Of a DNA stretch of 64,000 nucleotides, positions 26,727 to 39,166 are shown piece after piece. Made by a program: the position numbers and the translations under genes. Below the pieces are notes generated by a model. That model made no database searches, was not told the origin of the DNA, and worked only from the letters and a program-made list of their open reading frames with translations. The first letter of the stretch is position 1. The number at the start of each line of letters is the position of its first letter. Source of the DNA: Iphione sp. A-MEVVRFRX5 (lineage: Eukaryota); the NCBI GenBank assembly GCA_976226885.1, contig OZ320318.1, positions 86,366,001 through 86,430,000 of the forward strand, given 5' to 3'.

Positions 26727-27291
26727 CCTCTCTCTCCTGCTCTCTCTTTCTTTCTCTCCCTCCCTCTTTTTCACTCTCTCCCTCTCTCTCTCTCTCTCTC
26801 ACTCGCTGTCTCTCTCAGGCGAGAATCCATCCCAGACAGGTTATCCGATCACAATTTCGTGTCACCGGGAATTTCCGATAATAAATATTGGCCGAGGATC
26901 GTGATGATAGTCGCACGAAACACACGATTATCATTATCTTCCATTGTACAAATGAAAGTCTCGCACGGCAGTTATCCCGCCTCCTCTCAACCTCCTAGAT
27001 GTGCCCATATATTTGCACATACGTACAGAACATCGCCCACACTCGCCGCTCCCTTCTCCCCTGAAACCAATCTGCGATGGAAATAAGCACCATCACCCAC
27101 CAGCCAAGGCCTAATTACATAATGATTATCTGAAGACATTCTGCGCAAATTGAATCGGTAAATTACGGGCGGGATTTTTAGCGATGACGTAATTAAAGTC
27201 TCCTCCTCCCCCGTCCTCCTCCTCCCTCCTCCATCCTCCTCCTCCTCCTCCCTCCTCCTCCTCCTCCCCTCTCCGCCTCCCTCCTCCTTCT

Positions 27292-27422
27292 NNNNNNNNN
27301 NNNNNNNNNNNNNNNNNNNNNNNNNNNNNNNNNNNNNNNNNNNNNNNNNNNNNNNNNNNNNNNNNNNNNNNNNNNNNNNNNNNNNNNNNNNNNNNNNNNN
27401 NNNNNNNNNNNNNNNNNNNNNN
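27292..27422. other. Assembly gap within (CCT)n microsatellite (~27200-27530)
   Basis: N run with CCT-rich flanks. Confidence 0.99.
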
Positions 27423-28579
27423 TCTCCTCATCCTTCTCCCCACTCCTCCTCCTCCTCCCCCCACCGTCCTCCTCTTCCCCACGACCTCTTCCTCGGCGCA
27501 TCTCCTCCGGTCTGCTCCTGGGCTCCTGGTTAACGACACTCCTACTGGCAGCCTCCTCCTTGACGAATGGCCCGGCCTCCAGGCCACCACCGCTAGCCTG
27601 CTCTGCTTCTAATTAAATCTCAAATTGCCCCCCCCCCCCTCTTCCACCCACCCACCCGTCCCGTTTTACTGACACACCATTTTACCACATGATGTACATG
27701 TGACAGGAAATAATCACCCTTACCAACCACAATGGTTCGATAAATTCTTATGTGGTTTCCTCCCCCCTTCCTATCGGTAGATATGCGCCATTTGGATGGA
27801 GTACTAGACACCTTGGATCCATGTCTCGGTACCAAAACATAGTTCTCCATGTTAAAAGTAGGTGGAGTAATGTTTTGGATGACCGAGCGGGAATCAAACA
27901 GAGGCTAGGTCCATTAGTAAGATAAGATCATGTCTCATGGTATATTATCATTATTATGGAGTTTTACACTTAGACTACGTGAGTTAACAGACTCAGAAGA
28001 AGTACATGTAATCTACTTCAACGATGTGACATTTCGCCGCTGTGACAGAGAAAAAATCATTCGCTACTCCACTCAAGGATCCGCAATGCAGGGTTTGAAC
28101 TTAACACTCTTCCGCGGACTTAACAGCGTAGTTTACAATAATTTCAAACTTGGTGATTGTCATATTTTGCACCCAACGCATTTATTCTAACAAGAAATTC
28201 TTGATGGTCAAAATAATTCTGAGGCAACTGACCTAGATGATTAGTTGTTTACACGGCTTAAATTCAAACCCTGGTTGTCCTGAAATAACTTAGACTGAGA
28301 AACCAATCACCATCTGTAAAGCAGCAGGCAGTGGCACAAAAATTATCTATCCGTAGGAAGCTATAGCTTACACGGGTAACAATAATCTCTTGTTGTTTGC
28401 CTCTGTCGTCTTCTGCATACACTACCCATATATCATACATGTGGTGGTCAGTCAAGTTTCATAATGTATATCGAAAGCTACTGCAAATGTCTACCCCCAA
28501 AATATGCAAGTCAGCGTATATAGTGTACATGGTAAACCCAGGGAGATATGTGACAGATTTGTTGAGGACCCCTCCCCCC

Positions 28580-28931
28580 AAAAATAGGTGTGTTTCAAGT
28601 AACGACCAGCCAAAAACCTAGGTAGGGAGGGAGGCCACCTTTTTTAAAAAAAGATTTTCCCACTTTCTTCCTATGGTTTTCAATAATAACATAATATAAT
28701 AAGATGATAAGGAGAATGTTGACCAATTTACATGAGTTTTACAGTTTTTTGCTGAATTTCCATGGATTTTGTTGGTTTTCTACTGAATTTACCAAAAACA
28801 TGTGCCATAAAAACACATATCTAAGAAAATACAGTCTTGGAGACCCTTTGGGTCCAAAACATTTTTAGGTAGGGTAAGGTTTTACTAGGTAGGCGTGGGT
28901 GACCAGAAACACACCTATTTTTTCGCTGGCC
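28580..28931. mobile_element. MITE (GGCC-ended, Harbinger-like), left end decayed
   Basis: Inverted repeat AAAAATAGGTGTGTTTC (28580-28596) and GAAACACACCTATTTTT (28906-28922), right end ...TGGCC; similar size and termini to the element at 54862-55208. Confidence 0.65.
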
Positions 28932-29634
28932 TGAGCAATACCGAAGACCATCCGTACGTGAGAGTGCACAGATTCAGCTTCCTTGAGACGGTCGACCTAA
29001 TGAAGCGTTTAAGTAAAGCAGGTGGTTTGAAGAGCCAACGAGGCCACGGCACGCCGTCGTCTTGGTCACTTGAAGGAGGTAATCCATCAATCCCAAGAGG
29101 TGTTAAAAGTAGATTGAATCTGGAACAGGGGGGGGGGGGCTATACGTAACGGTGCTGGCTTCAGCCTACCTGAGACATAAAAAATTGAAATCTAATCTTC
29201 TCTCTCTGCGAATTGCTTAGGTTTCTTTAAGCAGATCCAACTCTGTGTGAGTCCGCTCTTTAATACTTTACCTGACTTCCCTTAAATGCTCTGACTCGTT
29301 TTTTTTGGTTTACAGAAATGTCTATATATAAAGCTTTCAGGGGCAGAGGAAAAGTACCGCGATAACAAAACTATTCACATGACTGCTACTTTTACTTACC
29401 ATGCAGGCACGCAAAAGTCAACAGAATCCCTACATGTAACAATCGCACGCGTGGGAAGATGGACATTGGCTTTGCACAAGCCAATTCTTCTCCTGCCCCC
29501 CCCCCCCCTCCACACCCACTACACACACTCATACACTCACACACATAACTCACACTCGCACCACCAGTCTGACATCGACCTTACTGACAGGCGTGCCGTT
29601 TCCCCATTAAGAGGCACGCTTAGGCAGAACGCAT

Positions 29635-29871
29635 GCGCCACCTCTGGTGACCTATGGCGAGAGAAAGGCGGCGGGCAGGGCACCGTCCCCTGGTGTTTGG
29701 TATGGGAAGCACACCTAGTGGCGACGACAAATATCAATCAGCGCTCCTTCACACCACCTCCGACCTCGACGGGGAGGATCACGCTTCATCACGAGATCTC
29801 ACGAGAGGTGGTCTCGCTTTCACAATTGACCTTGACGAGGTGTATGATGGGAACGAAGCTCCCTCTGGTGA
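29635..29871 (-). promoter_or_regulatory. Cluster of four co-oriented CTCF-like motifs
   Basis: Reverse complements: CACCAGAGGTGGCGC (29635-49), ACACCAGGGGACGG (29683-96), CGCCACTAGGTGTGC (29709-23), TCACCAGAGGGAGC (29858-71). Confidence 0.4.
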
Positions 29872-30002
29872 CCGTTCTAGACTTACGCTCACGTCTAAAA
29901 GAGGACGTTTCTCTCGAGAAAGAGGAGATAATTTGGTTCATACTGTGAATTGCTCGAATTCAAATCGCTCTTTATTTTCACGTCTTTCGGGATCCTTGTT
30001 TC

Positions 30003-30005
<3 letters not shown>

Positions 30006-30040
<35 letters not shown>
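30006..30040. repeat. (TA)n microsatellite
   Basis: Direct reading. Confidence 0.95.
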
Positions 30041-30042
<2 letters not shown>

Positions 30043-31947
30043 ATCCAATGCATGCTTCTGTGGTCGATCATTTGTGAAGAGAAGAGTGAAAATTTCTAAA
30101 TACAGATAAAAAAATTAATAAGAAATTCGGACAGTGACAGCCCTGCGAGCTTCAATAAACCACAATAGCATTTATGAAAGTCTTAAATTCCGTGCGAAGA
30201 TCCTTGAACAGTCCCCCCTGTTTAGAAAACGTCGCCTGCCAGAATCATAACGAGGCTAGAGGCGAGGGGGCGGGCACCCCCCTGCGGGCTATCGACGAAC
30301 TAACGCTCGAGCGGCGTGCGTCGCATACATCAGGATAGGTGGTTTGGGGAGGTGCGGGGGGGGGGGCGTGTCAGCGCGGCGGAAGCGCCTAAAGGTCGAC
30401 GGATAAAGTTTGTACCGCCGCTGGGAGTTTCGTGACCGGAACCTTTTCGTCGCCATATTGATAGACGGTTCGTCTCGCAGGGAAACAGAAGAAGGTGGGA
30501 GAAAAGTTGGGAGCGCAAAAATGATGGCGTTTGCTAGCATTTGGGATGAAATTGAAGCAGGTGTGAACACTGAGACGTGGTATAGGTATAGGATATAAAG
30601 AAAATATTCGTAGACTTATAATATTCAATGGTTCACCCAGTGGCAACTTCAGAAATTGGGCGCTGATGGCGATATAAGGATTGCTTGACGAGAGTAGTTT
30701 TTTTCAAATATTACATTATACTTGTAAATACACCTCCGAGGAGGAGGAGGATGGAGGAAGCAATAGTGCCCCATCTGTGAGAAACTCACAGAGGCTCATC
30801 AATTCGCTCTCAATAAACCTTCCCGCTTGTTCTTCAGGTTGCGGAGGAGGTGGAGAATAGAGGGGGAGGGGGAAGGGAGTTGCTGAGGGGTTAGTGTAAT
30901 TTAGCTGAGGTCGGCGAACCCTGCTTACAAATCATACCTTTATTATTGGACTAGCTTGGATTGGACGTGAGTGATGTTGTGAAGGCCTGGGCTGCTTCTC
31001 ACTCTAGAACCCGCCCCCCCATCCCTCTGCTGCCCCCCCCACCCCCACCCCATCTCAACCTCCCAGTCTCCGCTTCTGATAGATACCAAAGGTACTTCCA
31101 TAGATCTTTACTTGCCCTCCAAAAGAATGGCTACCCCTTTTCTGAATCAATCACAGCCATCCAAGGGTTGATATTGTTACAAGCCATGCGTGCATTCAAT
31201 CCCCCCTGTCTATCTGTGAGTAACTCAGCCAGATCTGGGAGGGGGGAGGGGGAGGAGGGGCTCACGCTTGGTCTGCCTTGAGTAGGACTAGGACCCCGCC
31301 CCCGCCCCTTCTTTGCAACCCCCCCCCCTTCCCCTTGCAAAAGCAGTGGGCACTTCTCCAAATATTTTCATCCCCAGGAGAACAGCAGAACGACAGTGTT
31401 CTGCTCCTGATTAAAACATAACATGCTGTGCTGTTTGTGACAATACCCCACCCCCCGCGCGTGCTAACCCCTGGAGGGGAATAGTGGAGAGGTTGGTGGT
31501 AGCAGCAGTAGTAGTATATGGAACAAGGACTTTCAAGCAGGCATGGTGAAAGGCGGAATGGAATGATAACAAATAGTAAAAGGGAAGCAGCTTAGTGGGA
31601 GGCGGTCTGTGGGGAGGAGAGAGGGGAGGGCTTGAATGGGAGGGGGTTAGAGAGGTGACCGCTGGATATACATGCAGGGAGGGCTGCTTTTACTATCTTA
31701 TCAGCGCTCGTCACATCATGGCCGCGATGTGGTGTGACGGGCGCTGCAAGGAGGAAGGAGGATGAGCAGGAGGGCTGGCTGTTCAGACACAGATTAGGGC
31801 TAGCTACCCTTGGCATTGCAGCGATGACTACAACACTGATGAGCTATGCCAAGTAGGCCGTGTAACATTCATGTGGGGGGATGGGTGATTGGTTGGTGGG
31901 TGGGTGGGTGGGTGGGTGGGTGTGAGAGTGGGATGGGGCGCCGAGAG

Positions 31948-32208
31948 GCTTGAGGGATAAGGGACTGGCTGGCAATAGTTTGGTGAGGTTAAGGTAGTCT
32001 TTAGTAGCTGTATGTTTACATGGTACATTGGGCGCATTATTGGAGTGAATCTTTCCCAGTAGATGGGTTGGTGGGTGGGAGGGGATGTCGAGACGCTTGA
32101 GGGATAAGGGACTGGCTGGCAATAGTTTGGTGAGGTTAAGGTAGTCTTTAGTAGCTGTATGTTTACATGGTACGGTGGGTGCATTATTGGAGTGAATCTT
32201 TCCCGGTA
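31948..32208. repeat. Recent 147-bp-period tandem duplication
   Basis: GCTTGAGGGATAAGGGACTGGCTGGCAATAGTTTGG... at 31948 and 32095, near-identical over ~115 bp. Confidence 0.95.
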
Positions 32209-32479
32209 GAACTTGCATCAGCCACTATGTATGCTGAAGAACCATGGCTGCCCACCTCATTTTACTCATCACATCCCACTATCACCTATTTACAACAATA
32301 TACTTTAACCCAATAAGGACTGGAGGGGGTATTACATATATACACTACAGGGCGAGGATATCTGGTTAGATATCTTCCTAAAGGGCAAGGGGCATCATTT
32401 AATAATGATATCTCTGAAATTCTTATTACATAAAAAGGATATAAATGATTATGACTTTCTGTCTTTTATAATAAAAATC

Positions 32480-33150
32480 CTCCACCACAATCACCCTTGT
32501 TTACTACATTGTGCTATCACATTATAAAACCACCTATGTTTACTACTATTAACAACATTGTAATATCATGTTTTCCTAAAACATACACAACTATTTTCTA
32601 TATTATACAATCATAGCACATATAACATCATCACTATTTACAACAATGTACTATCATGTCTTCCAACCAAATCTCACCATCTCCGCCAGAATCACCCTTG
32701 TTTACTATATTGTGCTATCACACAATGTACTATAACATATTCCCACCACAACCTCAACCACACAAATTACGACATTGCACTATGACATTATCCTGCCAGT
32801 TATAATCACCACTATGTACAACTATGTACTATCACATCTTTCCACAACCACATCTGCAACTATTTACATTATACTATCATAGCATACCATCACACATGGT
32901 CATCACTACATTGTATTTACTACATTGTACTATCACATCTCACAACTCCCTATCACAATCACCCCTGTTTGTTACGGTACACTATAACATTATACCGGCC
33001 CCTATGGTCACCACTATTTACAACAATGTCCTTCCCACTGCAACTACAACCACAACTATACACACTACATTCTACTATCACAGCACACCATCACATTGTC
33101 ACATTCTACTACAGCATTTAACCACCGTCCACACTGATCACTAACAGTCC
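32480..33150. repeat. Degenerate CA/CT-rich minisatellite (TACATTGTACTATCAC-like motifs)
   Basis: Recurring ACTAT/CATTGT/ATCAC motifs; strong G depletion on the plus strand. Confidence 0.6.
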
Positions 33151-34689
33151 CCCCACCCCCGTCCCACTATTAACAGCAGATAGAGTTAGGGATCCTTTCA
33201 AGCGCCCAGCACGGGGGCCATTTATGGCTGTAAATATTCATGTACTGGGCGGCTGCCGAGCTAGTTACAAGGTAGAAAATCCATCCGCATTTTCCCTTTC
33301 GCAATTTCTCACACAGCTGCGGTGAAGAATTCGGTCTTTTGTATTCATGGGGGTATTTTCAGCGGGCAGTTATTATTGCCGCGCTTATCAAACGTTCATC
33401 AGAGAAATATGTTTATCAGCCATCTTCATGGTCGAATGCTGTAGATAATGACTAGATACTATAATAATCTCTTTCTCTCTCATTATCTGTATTATATTGT
33501 ATATATATGTTTGTTCAACCTAGTGATTAAGGACTCGATGATTGCTGCATATAATATATAATGCAACAATACTCGCCTGGCCTGGCCAAACAAGTATTAC
33601 AATGTATATATAAATGTCAGGATACATAAAGTAAAAAAAAAATTTATTCAACAACATACTACATTCGATTATTAAAAACCCGGTGTTATGATGAATTAAA
33701 TCGGAGGTAGGGCAGGTGCCTCAGGTTTATCGCAAAAAATATATAAAAAAAGTTTTCCAATATCTCGTCTTGTCCGTACGTTTAAATTGCATCTTCTTCA
33801 TATATCACAAAAGATATTAAACCAGATCTTCGTCCATATGTTTCCTTTCTCGCTGGAAAGTATATGTTGTGTTATAGGGTGTGTATTATTTTTAAGGAAA
33901 CCTTATCACACTTAAGCCCTATCACATGTGTGTTTTTCTACGGATATGACCACGGATGCATGTATACACGTATTTCCTCCAGCCTATAGTTAATCTTATG
34001 AGCATTCAGATGCACACTTATCTGTACGGATTGGTATCTACACATCTGTAGACGTAGATGCTCAACCCGTCCACGATAGGTTTTCTTCGTCTACGGATGC
34101 ATAGTTCATAGAAAACAATGATGGAGAAACTCAATGGATACATGTGAAACCGGCCTTACAGGAATAGCTATGTCTAGTGTTTACGGATGTTGGAGCAAGC
34201 ACTGTGATGTTGTTGCCTGTTCAGAATGCGTCATTTCGATAGGGAGAAATATTTAATAGTGTGCTTCCAGTTGGGTAAAACCAAACGACGTTATATGGGA
34301 TCAGAATCAAATAAATGTTTGTGTTTTGTGCACTTGTAAGCCTGCTGGAAGCCACATTGTCTTAACGTGTATCAATACATAATCTCATAAAAATCTAGTG
34401 ATTTCTTCGGGGGGATTCATAATTCATGTATATCAAAATATCTTAAGAGGTACTTCAAATCTTCTATTCAATCTTTCTATTGAAATGCCTGAAAGTAATA
34501 TATTCCCTAAGCTTTGAAATGTTCTAAGTCCTCAAACGCTGGTATAATGTTAAGGAATGAAGTCAACCATGCCGATAATCCTACAAACTACAGGCCAACC
34601 GCTCGAGAGTATGCGGGGGGGGCCTTTGGTGAGGTACACAATTACTGCAGCTGCATTATGATGTGTTCCATCTCTTCCGTTGGCAGCTT

Positions 34690-35585
34690 GCCTAGTCTTG
34701 GTAGAGAGTTTCGTAGAGGAGATTTAGGCATGGTCGGGTACGGGGAGATGTGTGCTCTGGGTAGAAGGCTTGATAAAAGAGATTGAGGCATGGTTGGGTA
34801 CACGGAGATGTGTGCTCTGGGTAGAGAGTTTGATAAAGGAGATTCAGGCATGATTGGTTACGGAGAGATGTGTGCTCTAGGTAGACGGCATGATAAAGGA
34901 GATTCAGGCATGGTCGGGTACACAGAGATGTGCGCTCTGGGTGGCAGGCTTGATAAAGGAGATTGAGGCATGATTGGTTATGGAGAGATGTGTGCTCTAG
35001 GTAGAAGGCATGATAAGGGAGATTCAGGCATGGTCGGGTACACAGAGATGTGTGCTCCAGGTAGAAGGCTTGATAAAGGAGATTGGGGCAAGGTCAGCTA
35101 CAGGGATATGTATGCTCTGGGTAGAGTTTGATAAAGGAGATTAAGGCATGGTCAGGTACACGAAGATGCGTGTTCTGAGTAGAAGGCTTGATAAAGGATA
35201 TGAGGCATGGTTGGGTATGGGGGGATGTGTGCTCTGGGTAGAGAGTTTGATAAAGGAGATTCAGGCATGATTGGTTACGGAGAGATGTGTGCTCTAGGTA
35301 GAAGGCATGATAAAGGAGATTTAGGCATGGTCGGGTACAGTGAAATGCATGCTCTGGGCAAGAGGCCTAATAAAGGAGATTGAGGCATGGTTGGGTACAT
35401 GGAGATGTGTGTGTTCTGGGTAGAAGGTTTGATAAAGGAGATTGGGGCAAGGTCGGGATGGGGAGATGTGCGTTCTTGGTAGCAGGCTTGATAAAAGAGA
35501 TTCAGGAATGGTCAGTACACAGAGATGTGTGCTCTGGGTAGAAGGCTTGATAAAGGAGATTGAGGTATGGTTGGGTAGGGGGAGA
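34690..35585 (-). repeat. 60-bp minisatellite (~15 units) translating as a 20-aa Ser/Pro-rich repeat on the minus strand
   Basis: GGCA anchors at 34727, 34787, 34847, 34907, 34967, 35027, 35087, 35145, 35204, 35264, 35324, 35384, 35446, 35505 and 35564; minus-strand unit approximately YPTMPESPLSSLLPRAHISV, with several in-frame stops. Confidence 0.9.
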
Positions 35586-36029
35586 TGTGTATGTGGAGGT
35601 AATAGTAGGAGTACTAATGCAGTACTCAGTGGAGGGAGCTTAGAGCGGGGTATGGGTTCAGTGTGGCCTGAACCCTGGGATGGTTTTGAGGTTTGTATTT
35701 GGGTATTATGAGGTAAGGATACAGTAGAGGGTATTTTGGATCCTAGAAGAAACTGGGTGAGTCTGGAAGATAGATAAGAAGGCGTTTTGTTAATAAAAGG
35801 GGGGGCCTTCCCTGATCGATAGAGGGGTTGGTAATTAAGAGAGAGAGAGCCATAGGATACGGACAAACTGGGTGGTGGTTGGCGGCGTCATATGTGGTAG
35901 GGAGTAGGTAATATTGGGCTTGGCCTAGACGAGAGCGTAGTGTGCGCTAGTTGGGTACTTGATTAAGGGTTGGATGGATCGGGATTGACTGCCTCTGATT
36001 ATGAGGTTCGCTAGGTCGTATTGGGAAGC

Positions 36030-36325
36030 TCCTAGTGGGGTGGGGTACTGTAGATGCACGTGGGGAAGGGGGGGACTTTTTGTCAGAGCTTATATTGGTT
36101 TCGGCAAAAGGATCACACCATGACTTGTAAGGCAGTGGGGGGCGAGATACTCCTTCGGGAGGGCTTGTGATAGGATCTCCTAGGGGGGCTATAGATGTAC
36201 GTGGGATGGGGGGAGGAGGGCTTTTTGTTAGAGCTTATATTGGTTTCGGTAAAAGGAAAACACCATGACTTGTAGAGGAGGGGGTGGGGTGGGAGAGACT
36301 CCTTCAGGAGGGGCTTGTGATAGAA
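36030..36325. repeat. ~145-bp tandem duplication
   Basis: AGAGCTTATATTGGTTTCGG...CACCATGACTTGTA...ACTCCTTC.GGAGGGCTTGTGATAG at 36085 and 36230. Confidence 0.9.
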
Positions 36326-36329
36326 GGCT

Positions 36330-36630
36330 GGGGTATATAAGTAATGCGAAGTCAGAGCAGGGTCGAGCTACCGGTACGGCTTGCAGCCCACCTCCCCCTG
36401 CATCCTCTCTCTCTACCATCCGAGCTCCTCATGGGAGCAGCTCCTAGGTCGACCTGAGCCAGACCAATTAAGCCTCCATTCATCGCCCGTAGCCGGGCCG
36501 GCCTATCCAATGTCAATTGGTCTCTAACCCCGGGCTGACCCCGCCGGGTCAGGGATTGAGCGAGTGATTGCGGGGGACCTGCTCAGAGTAGCTCCGAGTG
36601 CCTCGGCCGCAGCTTGCATAAAAGGCTAGC
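36330..36630. promoter_or_regulatory. GC-rich, possibly bidirectional promoter-like island
   Basis: CCAAT at 36464 and 36507, ATTGG at 36516; TATA-like CATAAAAGG 36617-36625 (plus) and GGTATATAAG at ~36332-36341; small hairpin CTGACCC-cgcc-GGGTCAG. Confidence 0.35.
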
Positions 36631-39166
36631 GGTGGTCGGGAGTAGGTAGTGGTGTACTGCTGCATGGCAAAGGGGTAGTAGATCTCAATGGTGACCAATG
36701 AGGATGGCTGCTGCTACTGCTGCTGCTATGGAGACGTTCTCCCCCCCACCCTCTATAGGCCTGCTCCCTGTGGTCTAGAAATGTCATAGTTTTCTCTACC
36801 TTTCATTATGACAACTGTCCATGTAAAAGGCCAAATGGGGGGCCTACGGACCGCCTACAGTGAAGACTTTGAGTTGGGGGAACGTGAGGGCCGCCTAATG
36901 ATAAAGGCGGCGGATTTTGAAGTTGTGAGAGTGACTGGCCAACCCTTTCCTTACTATGATAACATTTCTATCACAACTGCTGTTTCAGCAAAAAGAAAAA
37001 AAATATATGACAGGATCTACATATGTAATCCTAAGCTGGCTAGCAGTTACGACATTTGAAGCACTCGACTCCATTAGAAAAATGTGTTATTTTTTTATGC
37101 CTGCGGCGTATGCTATCAAATACAAGCATGTGCCAGCTCAAATGAACACATAATGCAACATTATTCAGATCTATATGTATTTAAAACAATACATGTATTC
37201 TAAATGTCATGTTAGCCATGTTTTGACATTTAATATATGCATGTCGACCAGACATGTACCAATATCATAACAGGTGTTTTTTTAATCATTATTTCCATAT
37301 TTTCAACATCGCAGAACATATATATAAACTTCGCATTATTACGAGTCAAGCCAAGATATCCAGAATGGCTATGTTGAACAAATTTCCTTCCTGATGGTTT
37401 AGGTGAGGACTAACACGCTAACTACATTATAGCAGTCATTGCTCTGATGCTTATTAAATCTGTTATTTTGGTAGATGAGGAACTCACTATCAATCAGCTC
37501 TTGCCACTCATTCCACCCCCTGGGCCTTTCACTCCGCATTTACTAGGGCGAGAACGAGGCTCTTGTGGAGTCTCGGACATTTCTGTTCTCTTTCAATGAC
37601 TGACTGAAAGATTAATCACATTGGTCCTGAACCAGGAACCAAGGGGGTGGGGGGAAGATTTGCAGCTGATAAGATGGAACAGGTGTGATTAATGAAGCTT
37701 TTATTAATCTGGCAATTCACATGGTTTTCATGCGTCAGAGCAGAATCTGGTGCGGTTGGGGGGGAGGGGAGGAGGGGCCAGGAGATAGGTGTGAGAAGAC
37801 AGAAATTTGTGGGTGGATAGGTGGGTAGATGAGTGAGTGGGTGTGTGGATGGGTGGGTGGATGGGTGGGTTTAGGGGTAAGGGGGGAGGGGGACGACAAA
37901 AAGCATTCTTGCGGGGTCGGCGGTGGTCTGATGGGAAAGCCGTGTTGTAAATACCCACTGATTGTAGATGCGGATGAGCCGCCGAGCTCATTAGGGCGAG
38001 GTGCTCTCAACTGCTCGCATTCCCTCACCACGCCATGCATACTGCTGCTGCTGTGGCCGCTACGGTAGGCAGGCAGGCTCAGGCGGTGGAGTCTCTCCCC
38101 CAAACGCCACCGTTGAGTGCCAAGCTCTCAAGCCTGTAATTATTAGCTGTGGTGGTAGCAGTAAGCAGATACATATTCTTTCTCTGTTGGACTTTCTCCC
38201 GAGACTCGCTGTCTCTGTATCCCTTGGTGGTTGTTTTTTGCGTTTTTTTTTCTTCATCCTATTCCAGGTGGCACATTCTATCCCCTTGATTAATATCATT
38301 TTGTCCCGTTGTTGAGCATAATGGAATACAATATACGGCCTATGTGAGCAATATTCAATCATGCCTTTCTTTGCTTCCCTCATTTATAAACAGAAGAAGA
38401 TCTAGTAGCCCTTCTCTCCGCAGTTGAGAGGAGTAAATGTAACACAGTTGTATTTAGACCAGTTTAGGTAGAGATCGAAGGTGTTTTAGATGACAATAAT
38501 GTTTTATTGTGTAAGTGTGCAGAGATAAGAATGAAAGCTTACAATGTATCATATTATGAGTCACGTTCAAGTAAAATGCAAGTGGGAGTTTCCATTGTGC
38601 CTATCCACGCAAGCGTAATTACATATCGGCGGAAATGAAATCCTATTTTCTGTCATTAAACCCTGTCTTTCTACCTGCGATATTTAAAGATATCCTGTTC
38701 CATGCTTGCATTACAATAATTAATTAGATTAGATTGTGTGAGTGCAAAAGAAATATACAGAAAGCTGAAAGGTCACTCAACTGGGCTTACAGCCCACGTG
38801 AGATGGCAGCTCATCTTGGCTACAATAAAAAAAATATAAATTGTACATATTTGATAGGGAAAGAGGGCCAATTAGCCATTGAGAGTGAAAATTGCTAGTT
38901 CCTGCAGCTGTCAAATTAGAGAGCTTAGTACTTATGTAACGTCTACTTAGTATACAGTAATATATGTACTCTATTTCTTTAACTGACCTCAAGTGAAAAT
39001 AATGTCAGTTTCACCTGAAACAACTAATATATGATTGTATTTTCCCAGCCTTCTTAGTATTCCAGTACTACATGTACTACATTGTCTTCAGCTAACCTGC
39101 AGTGAAAATAGTATGTCAGTTTTACATCGAAGAACTAATACGTGATTGTATATATTTTCACTCCAG

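Noticed and set aside
28935-29078. Possible middle exon (NTEDHPYVRVHRF...SLEG, donor GAG|GTAATC)
   Set aside because: Poor acceptor, and it ends in phase 1, incompatible with the phase-0 terminal exon.
29379-30109. 189-aa and 151-aa overlapping ORFs
   Set aside because: No domain or splice signals; they run through (CA)n and (TA)n tracts and are better explained as a regulatory GC patch.
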